A program made the position numbers and the translations under genes. A stretch of 64,000 nucleotides of DNA, from the NCBI GenBank assembly GCA_963974535.1, contig CAXBCN010000006.1, forward strand, positions 21,007 through 85,006, written 5' to 3'. Below are positions 30,604-39,618 of this stretch, in pieces. The first letter of the stretch is position 1; each line of letters starts with the position of its first letter. The notes below the pieces were generated by a model. That model was not told the DNA's origin, did not search any database, and was given only the letters and a program-made list of their open reading frames with translations. Source of the stretch: an uncultured Cellulophaga sp. (GTDB taxonomy: Bacteria > Bacteroidota > Bacteroidia > Flavobacteriales > Flavobacteriaceae).

Positions 30604-32619
30604 ATGAATCCACTTTTAACCCCTTTTGATACAGCCCCATTTTCTCAATTAAAAAATGAACATTTTATGCCTGCCTTTGTGCAAGCCATTGCCGATGCCA
30701 GAGCTGAAATTGATGCAATTACAGAGAATAAAGAAGCTCCAACATTTAAAAATACTATTGCTGCACTTGATTATTCGGGCAAACAGCTAGATAGAATTTC
30801 AAGTGTATTTTTCAATCTTAATTCGGCAGAGACCAATGATGAAATTCAGAAAATAGCGCAAGAGATTTCGCCTCTATTATCAGAGTTTGGAAACGACATT
30901 ACTTTAAATATTGATTTATTTAAAAGGGTAAAAGCAGTTTACGATCAAAGAGCATCTTTAAATATTACGGTAGAAGAACAAACGCTTTTAGATAAAAAAT
31001 ACAAGGGTTTTAGCCGAAATGGTGCTAATTTATCCGAAGATAAAAAGAAAAGATTACGGGAGATTGATGCAGCATCCGCTAAACTAAAACTCACTTTTGG
31101 TGAAAATGTATTGGCAGAAACCAACACCTATCAAATGCACCTCACAGATGAAGCCGATCTTGACGGCTTACCAGAGGGTGAAAAGGAAGCCGCAGCACAA
31201 TTAGCATCATCAAAAAATAAAGAGGGCTGGCTCATAACATTAGATTATCCAAGTTATATTCCCTTTATGAAATATGCTACGAATAGAAAATTACGCAAAG
31301 AATTATCTATTGCCTTTGGAAGTAAAGGTTTTCACAATGATGCTTTAGACAACCAAGAAAACGTATTAAAAATTGCCCGTTTACGCCATGAACGAGCACA
31401 ACTTTTAGGATATAAAACCCATGCGCATTTTGTACTAGAAGAGCGTATGGCAGAAACCCCTGAAAAGGTTCAAGAGTTTTTAAACGAATTATTAGCTAAA
31501 GCAAAACCTGCAGCCGTTAAAGAGTTTGAGCAGCTACAAGATTTCGCCAAAGAGTTAGATGGTATTGAGCAACTTCAAAAATGGGATGCCTCGTACTATG
31601 CAGAAAAATTAAAGCAAAAACTATTCGATTTAGATGACGAAAAACTAAAGCCTTATTTTAAATTAGAAAATGTGATCGCTGGCGTTTTTAAAATTGCTGA
31701 GAAACTATTTGGCTTAAAATTTGAAGAAGTTTTTGATATCGACACCTACCATAGTGATGTAAAAACATATCGCATCTATGATGAAAATAAAAAATTAGTT
31801 TCTTTATTTTATGCTGATTTTCACCCTAGAGCCGGAAAACGTGGTGGTGCTTGGATGACTTCATTTAAATCGCAATATGTAGAAAATGGCCATAATATAC
31901 GCCCCCATATTTCTAACGTATGCAATTTTACCAAACCCACAGCCAGTAAACCCTCTTTGCTAACCTTTAATGAGGTCACTACCCTATTCCATGAATTTGG
32001 ACATGGCTTGCACGGCATGTTGGCTAATACGGTATATCCTAGCTTATCGGGAACATCGGTGTACTGGGATTTTGTAGAATTACCAAGTCAAATTTTAGAG
32101 AACTGGTGTTACGAGAAAGAAGCCTTAGCTCTGTTTGCTACTCATTACGAAACTGGAGCCCTAATTCCGATGGAATTAGTGCAAAAAATAAAAGATTCTG
32201 CCACCTTCCAAGAAGGCATGCAAACCTTACGACAGTTAAGCTTTGGGATGCTCGACATGGCATGGCATGGCGCAGACCCAACAGACATCACCGATGTAAA
32301 AGCACATGAAGATGAAGCTTTTAAAGGGACTGATTTATACCCTGCTACACCCGAAACCTGTATGAGCACCTCATTCGCTCATATTTTTCAAGGAGGCTAT
32401 TCTTCTGGCTACTACAGCTATAAGTGGGCAGAGGTTTTAGATGCTGATGCCTTCGCCTATTTTAAAGAAGAAGGAATTTTTAATAAAGAAGTGGCTACCA
32501 AGTTTAAAGATCATATTTTATCAAAAGGGGGTACGGAAAACCCGATGGACTTATACAAAAAATTTCGTGGTGCTGAACCCAAAATTGAACCGCTTTTAGA
32601 GCGTGCAGGGTTGTTATAG
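30604..32619 (+). CDS. M3 family metallopeptidase (peptidyl-dipeptidase Dcp-like)
   Basis: FHEFGHGLH zincin motif, DFVELPSQ, HIFQGGYSSGYYSYKWAEVLDAD. Confidence 0.95.
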   Translation: MNPLLTPFDTAPFSQLKNEHFMPAFVQAIADARAEIDAITENKEAPTFKNTIAALDYSGKQLDRISSVFFNLNSAETNDEIQKIAQEISPLLSEFGNDITLNIDLFKRVKAVYDQRASLNITVEEQTLLDKKYKGFSRNGANLSEDKKKRLREIDAASAKLKLTFGENVLAETNTYQMHLTDEADLDGLPEGEKEAAAQLASSKNKEGWLITLDYPSYIPFMKYATNRKLRKELSIAFGSKGFHNDALDNQENVLKIARLRHERAQLLGYKTHAHFVLEERMAETPEKVQEFLNELLAKAKPAAVKEFEQLQDFAKELDGIEQLQKWDASYYAEKLKQKLFDLDDEKLKPYFKLENVIAGVFKIAEKLFGLKFEEVFDIDTYHSDVKTYRIYDENKKLVSLFYADFHPRAGKRGGAWMTSFKSQYVENGHNIRPHISNVCNFTKPTASKPSLLTFNEVTTLFHEFGHGLHGMLANTVYPSLSGTSVYWDFVELPSQILENWCYEKEALALFATHYETGALIPMELVQKIKDSATFQEGMQTLRQLSFGMLDMAWHGADPTDITDVKAHEDEAFKGTDLYPATPETCMSTSFAHIFQGGYSSGYYSYKWAEVLDADAFAYFKEEGIFNKEVATKFKDHILSKGGTENPMDLYKKFRGAEPKIEPLLERAGLL

Positions 32620-32689
32620 CAGTCGCTTTACGATTGCCCTAAGTACAGACTATCACTTTGGCCACAAGCCGCAAAAGCAACTGGAACGA

Positions 32690-33259
32690 ATGAAGAAAAT
32701 TTTACTTATGTTAACGATTCTAGTAATTTCTAGTTGCGTAGAGAAAAACAGCACAGCTTCTGAGCAAATAACGAAGTACTTCGACGGCTTTAAAAATTCG
32801 GACTATAGCCAAATAAAAAGAACATTAGCGGATAGTCTCATGACTACTGAGGGAGACCATACCATGGTCTTTTCGCGTGAAAGTTATTATGAAAAATTTA
32901 AATGGGATTCTGTCTTTAAACCCACGTATTCATTGGTTAAGATAGAAAATCAAGGGGAGCAATCTATTGCTACGGTTTCTTTAAGTTCTATAAAACTGGA
33001 ATTTTTAAAGAATAGCCCTATGACTTGTCGCTATGAGTTTCATTTTAAATCAGGAAAAATTACCAAAATTAAAAACTTAGCTTGTAGTGATGCCGATTGG
33101 GAAGTATGGGAAAAACAAGTAGACTCTTTAGTTTATTGGGTGAAGCTTAATCACCCTGAACTAGATGGTTTTATTTATGACTTAAGTATGAAAGGTGCTC
33201 TAGACTACCTGAGAGCCATAAAATTGTATACCAGCCGCCAAATTATTCCAACAGAATAA
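32690..33259 (+). CDS. Hypothetical lipoprotein (NTF2-like)
   Basis: MKKILLMLTILVISSC lipobox; start moved from 32603 to 32690. Confidence 0.7.
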   Translation: MKKILLMLTILVISSCVEKNSTASEQITKYFDGFKNSDYSQIKRTLADSLMTTEGDHTMVFSRESYYEKFKWDSVFKPTYSLVKIENQGEQSIATVSLSSIKLEFLKNSPMTCRYEFHFKSGKITKIKNLACSDADWEVWEKQVDSLVYWVKLNHPELDGFIYDLSMKGALDYLRAIKLYTSRQIIPTE

Positions 33260-33421
33260 ATGCCCACTACGAACCACTAAAGAAAAACTACTCCTCCCCT
33301 TGTCACAAACTCTAAAAACTATGGAATCTTGAATTTTCTATTCGATTTTTATTTATTAACTTTCCTGTTTTCAGCGCATTAAAGCCTACATAGGCCAATT
33401 GAAAATAACCAAAACTAAAGG

Positions 33422-33895
33422 ATGAAAAAAAAGCAACCTAACCTAAGGCGATCATTATACGCTGTATTTACTTTGGTGGCGTTAGTTATCTTAGTTGATT
33501 TTGTTGCTCCAGGAAAAATTGTAAATGACGACATTATCGATGTGCAACAGGTTCGACAAAACTATTATAACGCTGCTAGAAACTACCATTATTCCTACAA
33601 AGTAATCACTAGGGAACATAAATTTTTAGTGACCCAAGATTTTGCTGCCATAGAACTGAAAAATAAAAAAATCGAATACGCTGTTTCTCCAATATTTAAA
33701 GAGGTAAACTGGTATAGGTTACTTGTATCTGAAAATAAATCTTTTTATTCTTTAAGAATTGCATCAGGACTCGTTCTTCCCTTGCTCACCATGATTTCAA
33801 TTTTTTTGGCTTATGTATATGACAAGAAAATAGGCAGCTTAGTTTTTATACTTCAGATACTATTGATAGCAGATCTCATGTTATTGATGACCTAA
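33422..33895 (+). CDS. Hypothetical membrane protein
   Basis: 157 aa with an N-terminal and two C-terminal hydrophobic segments. Confidence 0.65.
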   Translation: MKKKQPNLRRSLYAVFTLVALVILVDFVAPGKIVNDDIIDVQQVRQNYYNAARNYHYSYKVITREHKFLVTQDFAAIELKNKKIEYAVSPIFKEVNWYRLLVSENKSFYSLRIASGLVLPLLTMISIFLAYVYDKKIGSLVFILQILLIADLMLLMT

Positions 33896-34174
33896 ATTTG
33901 GTCGCTAGGGTCTGCCGTGATCTAGCACTTTCCCTAAATTTTTTAGAGGAGCCCTATTTAAAGTCCTTAGTTTTCAAGATAGGTTTTTTTTAAATGCTAG
34001 AGAATAGCTTGAAAGAAATTGACTCGCATCAATCTTAGTAAACGTCCTTCGAGGAAATAGAACTTAAAAAATTAAATTCTTCCTTAAATTTTGCTTTACT
34101 AATAATTATTTGTCGAATTTAGAGCTGTCCTAAAAAGTAAAAACCTGTAATTGTGCTTTCTAAAAAGTATACCA

Positions 34175-34639
34175 ATGGAAATCAAAGAACTAAAAAAAAG
34201 ATCAAATATCGCTGAAAATAAAAAGCTAATAAGTGCTTTTACGCAATACAACGAACTGTTAAAGGAATTGAAAACAAAAGAACTTTCTGATCAACTTATC
34301 ATGTCTATCAATATGAAAATAGATGACATTAACTTTATTTCAGGTTCAGAAAAAGAGTGGGGAAAACAAATAAGAAAGAGTCAGTCAAGTATTCTGAGCT
34401 TACTCGAGAAAGAGCTTAAACTGGTCACAAAAAATCACTATAGAAATACTTGGCTCGCCCTTGGCATGGCCGCATTTGGGATTCCTATTGGTGTTGCTTT
34501 TGGAGCAATTCTTGGAAATATGGGATTCCTTGGCATTGGGCTACCTATTGGAATGGCCGTTGGTATAGGGATAGGCACCAAAATGGACCAAAAAGCATTC
34601 CAAGAGGGAAGACAAATTGACTTAGAGATAAAATCATGA
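34175..34639 (+). CDS. Hypothetical protein with a Gly-rich TM hairpin
   Basis: GMAAFGIPIGVAFG...GLPIGMAVGIGIG; start moved to ATG 34175. Confidence 0.7.
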   Translation: MEIKELKKRSNIAENKKLISAFTQYNELLKELKTKELSDQLIMSINMKIDDINFISGSEKEWGKQIRKSQSSILSLLEKELKLVTKNHYRNTWLALGMAAFGIPIGVAFGAILGNMGFLGIGLPIGMAVGIGIGTKMDQKAFQEGRQIDLEIKS

Positions 34640-34670
34640 TTCGCAACCATTTATACACCTATTATAAATT

Positions 34671-35831
34671 ATGAAAAAAACAATCCTACTACTTTTATTC
34701 AGCATATGCTTTTCTTTGATAAAGGCACAGACCAATTATTTCCCAGATGCAAATTGGCAAGTAAAGTCAGCAGCTGAAATGAAGTTGAATAAGGCTTTTT
34801 TAGACAGCGCCGTTACTTTTGCTTTAAATAATGAAAACAAAATGGAGCGAGATTTACGAATTGCTAATCTCAAAGCCTATGCAAGAGAACCCGATTATAA
34901 AATGTTAGGACCAATGAAAGAACGTGGGGGTCCAGCGGGTCTGATTGTAAAAAACGGCTATATCGTAGCCCAATGGGGAGGTATTCATCGTGTGGACATG
35001 ACCTTTAGTGTCACAAAAAGTTTTCTTTCGACTATGGCTGGGTTAGCCATAGACGAAAAACTTATAAGGAGCGTCAATGACAGTGTAAAAAATTATGTTT
35101 GGGATGGTACTTTTGACGGGAATCACAATAAAAAAATTACATGGGATCATTTGCTAAACCAGTCTTCTGATTGGAGCGGAACGCTATTTGGACTGCATGA
35201 TTGGGCAGACCGACCGCCTAGAGAAGGGAGTATTGATGATTGGAAATACAGGAAGCTCAACGAACCTGGAACTGTGTATGAATACAATGATGTACGGGTT
35301 AACCTGTTGGCTTATTCTTTACTTCAAGTTTGGAGAAAACCATTGCCTGCCCTACTTAAAGAAAAAATCATGGATCCTATTGGAGCTTCTACAACATGGC
35401 GTTGGTATGGGTATGAAAATTCGTTTAGCAATGTGGATGGCATCATGATGCAGTCGGTCAGCGGTGGTGGTCACTCAGGGGGTGGTATCTTTATAAATGC
35501 CATAGATCAAGCTAGGTTTGGCCTATTATTTTTAAGAAAAGGCAAATGGAAAAATCAACAATTAATTTCGGAGAAATGGGTGCATATGGCCCATCAACCT
35601 TCAGCTGCACAGGGCAATTACGGATATATGTGGTGGCTGAATACCGATAGAGCAGGCAATTTAGGTAAAGAATGGAAAGAAGTTTCTTCTGATGTATACT
35701 TCGCCGCTGGTTTTGGCGGTAATTTTATTGTTATTGATGAGGCAAATGACTTGGTGGTGGTAACACGCTGGATGGACAACAGAAGCATGGGCGAGTTTAT
35801 GCATTTAGTAAACCAAGCCCTAACAAAATAA
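34671..35831 (+). CDS. Serine hydrolase, beta-lactamase/class C-like family
   Basis: Signal peptide; FSVTKS (SxxK), YEYND, YGYMWW, AAGFGG. Confidence 0.92.
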   Translation: MKKTILLLLFSICFSLIKAQTNYFPDANWQVKSAAEMKLNKAFLDSAVTFALNNENKMERDLRIANLKAYAREPDYKMLGPMKERGGPAGLIVKNGYIVAQWGGIHRVDMTFSVTKSFLSTMAGLAIDEKLIRSVNDSVKNYVWDGTFDGNHNKKITWDHLLNQSSDWSGTLFGLHDWADRPPREGSIDDWKYRKLNEPGTVYEYNDVRVNLLAYSLLQVWRKPLPALLKEKIMDPIGASTTWRWYGYENSFSNVDGIMMQSVSGGGHSGGGIFINAIDQARFGLLFLRKGKWKNQQLISEKWVHMAHQPSAAQGNYGYMWWLNTDRAGNLGKEWKEVSSDVYFAAGFGGNFIVIDEANDLVVVTRWMDNRSMGEFMHLVNQALTK

Positions 35832-35977
35832 GTAATTTGCAAGAAAGTATTTATTCGCTATATCAGTTTTGAGCTTTGCTTGGGTTTGATACGGCTTATA
35901 ACCTAAGGTATTAAGAAAGTTACACCTAATTAAAATGCACCACTACAACCTGCACATTCTTTTTTATCTTCGTAGCC

Positions 35978-36757
35978 ATGAATAAGCTTGAAATAAGGAC
36001 GGTTAATGTGGTACAATACATAAAACCTTTACGCGAAGGTGGCTCTATGCCCGCCATTGTAAAGGCTGATGATGGCTTTCTCTATGTATTAAAATTTCGA
36101 GGTGCAGGGCAAGGCAAAAAAGCTTTGATTGCCGAACTTTTGGGTGGCGAACTTGCTCGGGCTGTCGGGTTAAAAATACCTGAATTGGTATTTATGCATT
36201 TAGAAGATACCTTTAGCCAAACCGAACCGGATGAAGAAATTCAAGATTTATTAAAGTTTAGCGTTGGGCTTAATCTGGGCTTACACTTCTTGTCGAGTGC
36301 AATTACTTATGACCCCTTGGTCTCTAAAATAGATGCCTTAACAGCATCAAAAGTATTGCTATTAGACAGCCTTATGAGCAACATTGATCGTACGGCCAAA
36401 AACACTAACCTGCTCGATTGGAACCGAGAATTATGGGTGATAGACAATGGTGCTAGTTTTTATTTTCACCATAATTGGAGTACGTATAAAAACCATTTAA
36501 CGCGAAGCTTTCCAATGATTAAAGATCATGTGCTTCTAGAGCCTGCGACAGTTTTAACTAAAGCATCGCATGACATTCAACAAGCCTTGACGGATCAAAA
36601 AATAAAAGAGATTATCGCATTAATCCCAGAAGAATGGTTGCAAAATGAAACAGATACGATGACACCCAACGAAATGCGGCAGGCGTATTGGGCCTATTTG
36701 AAAGCAAAACTTGCGATGATTGATGTACTGGTAAAAGAAGCGGAAGATGCAAGATAG
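35978..36757 (+). CDS. HipA-like kinase
   Basis: REGGSMP, YVLKFRG, NIDRTAKNTNLL, VIDNG kinase motifs. Confidence 0.85.
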   Translation: MNKLEIRTVNVVQYIKPLREGGSMPAIVKADDGFLYVLKFRGAGQGKKALIAELLGGELARAVGLKIPELVFMHLEDTFSQTEPDEEIQDLLKFSVGLNLGLHFLSSAITYDPLVSKIDALTASKVLLLDSLMSNIDRTAKNTNLLDWNRELWVIDNGASFYFHHNWSTYKNHLTRSFPMIKDHVLLEPATVLTKASHDIQQALTDQKIKEIIALIPEEWLQNETDTMTPNEMRQAYWAYLKAKLAMIDVLVKEAEDAR

Positions 36758-37130
36758 CGTAAAATACGAGTATGCCATTATCCGCATTGTGCCTAAGGTA
36801 GAGCGCGAAGAATTTTTTAATGTGGGGGTGATTTTATTCTGCAAATCAAAAAAATTCTTAGGGATGACTTACCATATCGATTCTAAAAAGTTAAGTAGTT
36901 TTTATTGTGAAAAAGACGATGAAGACCTCAACGCCTATTTAAAAGCTTGGGAACTGGTGTGTAAAGGAGAAGATTCTGGTGGTCCTATAGGCAAATTAGA
37001 TCAGGTGGATCGTTTTCGTTGGTTAACAGCTTCTCGCAGTACCATCATACAAAGTTCAATGACCCATACGGGATTATGCATAGATCCAGAAAAAGAATTA
37101 GCGGCCATTTTTAAGGCCTGTGTGTTGTAA
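36747..37130 (+). CDS. DUF3037 family protein
   Basis: YEYAIIRIVPKVEREEFFNVGVIL, RFRWLTASRSTIIQ; overlaps the kinase stop. Confidence 0.88.
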   Translation: MQDSVKYEYAIIRIVPKVEREEFFNVGVILFCKSKKFLGMTYHIDSKKLSSFYCEKDDEDLNAYLKAWELVCKGEDSGGPIGKLDQVDRFRWLTASRSTIIQSSMTHTGLCIDPEKELAAIFKACVL

Positions 37131-37424
37131 AATAGTAGTATGTGTTTAATGCTGCTTAATAACTTTCCTAACACAAAAAACCTTAAAGTATGGTCTTTGT
37201 GTTTGTGCCCCCACCCTTAGAAAGTAGTTGTTGACCAATTTATCGCACATTATAAAAAATACTCTTGTTACAATAGGTGAGAAATTGCGATACCCAATGT
37301 ACTATTACATTCTAGCAAAAAATGACAAACCTAGCCAAGGTATTTTCATTTTAACCTAGGTCATTGGCATCAGCAGAACAGCGTTTATTCGGTTGTTATT
37401 CCCCAAAGACTTAATATTATTTAA

Positions 37425-37781
37425 TTAGTCCTTTGTTTCTTGATAGGCCTGATAACCCCCTTCTAAATTCATAACAACATACCCTAAAGCGATTAATTTC
37501 TCAGCAGCCAGACCGCTACGCCGCCCAGACCTGCAATACAGATAAATAGTTTGGTCTTTGGGTAGTGCTTTATCTGCTTGATCTATAAAGTCTTCATCAA
37601 ACCAATTAATGTTTATCGCATTCGCAATATGACCTTCTCTAAATTCTTCTGGAGTTCGTACATCAAGTAAAACCGCTTTACTTAATTCCTCTGTTGTCAC
37701 GTCAGCCATAGGTTTTCCAGGTATTTGAGAGCAACCAAAATTCATGAAAAGAAACAAAAAGAAAACTACACCGTATTTCAT
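37425..37781 (-). CDS. Rhodanese-like exported protein
   Basis: LLDVRTPEEFREGHI, YCRSGRRS, NLEGG; N-terminal FGC lipobox-like signal. Confidence 0.92.
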   Translation of the reverse strand: MKYGVVFFLFLFMNFGCSQIPGKPMADVTTEELSKAVLLDVRTPEEFREGHIANAININWFDEDFIDQADKALPKDQTIYLYCRSGRRSGLAAEKLIALGYVVMNLEGGYQAYQETKD

Positions 37782-37873
37782 ATCTCGTTCAAATTGAAAT
37801 TAAAAAAGAGTCTAAAATTAATACTATTTCATCAGAAAAAAATTAGATACCTTTGAAGATACTAAAAATATAG

Positions 37874-38434
37874 ATGGTTACGAACACTTTGCATCCTGAA
37901 ACTTGGGTTGATCAATATGCAGATTACCTTTTTAATTATGCTGTTTCGCGCGTAAGCGATGCGGAAATTGCTAAAGATTTGGTGCAGGACACCTTTATTG
38001 CAGGGCTAAAGTCTGCTAAAAATTTTAAGGGTGATGCTGCAGAACGCACTTGGCTTATCGCTATTTTAAAACGTAAGGTAATTGATCATTATCGTAAAAT
38101 AAATTCTAACAAAGGCAAAGCTGAAGTACGTATGAACTACAGCAGCCAAACTGATGCTGAAGGCGATTGGTTAGAAGAAAAAGTGGCTGACCCCTATAGT
38201 TTATTAGAAAACGACACGCTTGAAAATGAAGAATTAGGCATCGCTATTCAAGACTGTATCACTAAACTTCCAAAAAAACAAGCTTTGGTCTTTACCATGA
38301 AAACTATTCAAGGGATAAGTACCGAGGATATTTGTAATGAATTAAATATCAATCCGTCTAATCTTTGGGTGATGATTCATAGGTCTAGAACAGCTCTTAT
38401 GGAATGCCTTAATAAAAATTGGTTTAACGTATGA
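37874..38434 (+). CDS. ECF RNA polymerase sigma factor
   Basis: DLVQDTF, RTWLIAILKRKVID, region 4 ISTEDICNELNI...HRSR. Confidence 0.93.
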   Translation: MVTNTLHPETWVDQYADYLFNYAVSRVSDAEIAKDLVQDTFIAGLKSAKNFKGDAAERTWLIAILKRKVIDHYRKINSNKGKAEVRMNYSSQTDAEGDWLEEKVADPYSLLENDTLENEELGIAIQDCITKLPKKQALVFTMKTIQGISTEDICNELNINPSNLWVMIHRSRTALMECLNKNWFNV

Positions 38435-38658
38435 ATTCTTGCGAAAAAGTTGCTATCATCTGCAACAAGGCTCAGTATCACGAAGCTACTTTACTAGAAA
38501 AGTTACAGCTTAAGTTTCATGTACTTATGTGTAAAAGATGTTCTAAATACACAAAAAAAAACACCAAATTATCAAGCTTATGCGACAAAGCAAACCTTCG
38601 GGCCTTATCGAAAGCTGATAAAATGAATATGAAAGAAAGCTTAAAAAAAACAACTTAA
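38431..38658 (+). CDS. Putative zinc-finger anti-sigma factor
   Basis: HVLMCKRC (HxxxCxxC); ATGA overlap with the sigma gene. Confidence 0.75.
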   Translation: MNSCEKVAIICNKAQYHEATLLEKLQLKFHVLMCKRCSKYTKKNTKLSSLCDKANLRALSKADKMNMKESLKKTT

Positions 38659-39479
38659 ATAAAATACTGTATCCATAACAATATCCCAAGCCAAAAAATA
38701 GGAATCGCTTCAACCCAAAAAGAAGAAAAATAGCGTGATTGTTTTCTTTTTGTACTAAAAATAGTAAAACCCAAAATTAAAAAAAGAACTCCTTTTCCTA
38801 TTAAATCGACCATCAAAAAAGTGTCTTTCAAAAAAGTTAAGACGTAAAACAGAAGTACACCAAACGAAGCGTAAATTTTTGTGTTGGTCACGCCAAAACG
38901 CTGTGGCAAGGTTTTTAATTTGGGCGCATCGTAGGCTAAATCTCTAATTTCAAAAGGAACTAATAAAATAAGCACTACTAAAAAACGCTGTAAAGTTTCT
39001 ATCATCACATCCCAAGAAATAACTATATCTTCTTTTAAGGCAGGAAAAATGACCGTGGTTCCTGCCCAAATTAAGGCTACAATAAAAATTTTTAATCCTC
39101 CTAGGTTTCTGAGGTTCTTGGTATGCGGCAGAACGGGAATGGCATATAACCCCGTTAACAAAAGTATACCAAGTAAAAAATACCAACTGCTTTTATCTAA
39201 AAAACTAAGGTGATAGATGGCAATTAGCGAACAAAAAATACTGAATATTTGAATATATCTATGGTAGGGTGTAGCTACTAAAACATACTTTTTGGCTTCT
39301 ACCCCATATTTTATAAAATTGTAGGCTGTGATTGTACCAAAAAAAACAAAAAAATTTAAATGTTTATCTATTGAAATGTTTAACAAAACATCGGTCGCAT
39401 ACAACAAAGAAACTACCGCTAAAGCTACGTGGATACTAGCATCAATATAAAAATTGAAAAACTGTTTTAAAAGCTTCAT
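38655..39479 (-). CDS. Conserved polytopic membrane protein (possibly UbiA-like)
   Basis: About 8 TM helices, FEIRDLAYD, TLPQRFG; start moved to ATG 39479. Confidence 0.7.
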   Translation of the reverse strand: MKLLKQFFNFYIDASIHVALAVVSLLYATDVLLNISIDKHLNFFVFFGTITAYNFIKYGVEAKKYVLVATPYHRYIQIFSIFCSLIAIYHLSFLDKSSWYFLLGILLLTGLYAIPVLPHTKNLRNLGGLKIFIVALIWAGTTVIFPALKEDIVISWDVMIETLQRFLVVLILLVPFEIRDLAYDAPKLKTLPQRFGVTNTKIYASFGVLLFYVLTFLKDTFLMVDLIGKGVLFLILGFTIFSTKRKQSRYFSSFWVEAIPIFWLGILLWIQYFI

Positions 39480-39618
39480 TAAACAAAAATAACGAAACTG
39501 TTTATAACCTCTGCTTTTGGTTAAAAACTTTAGCTTATACAATTCCTAAAAGGTCTTTTTTGAGTAAATTAATCCTTATTTTTGCAGCTTCAAATTCATC
39601 CAAAAAAAAATTTGTTTC

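Noticed and set aside
32605-33290. Weak core-like GTTATAGC and TGCCCACTAC around the NTF2-like lipoprotein gene
   Set aside because: Ends are not complementary and no copy of the 120-bp repeat is visible.
37290-37360. Short ORF MYYYILAKNDK resembling a GIY-YIG start
   Set aside because: Only 20 codons and lacks the second motif.
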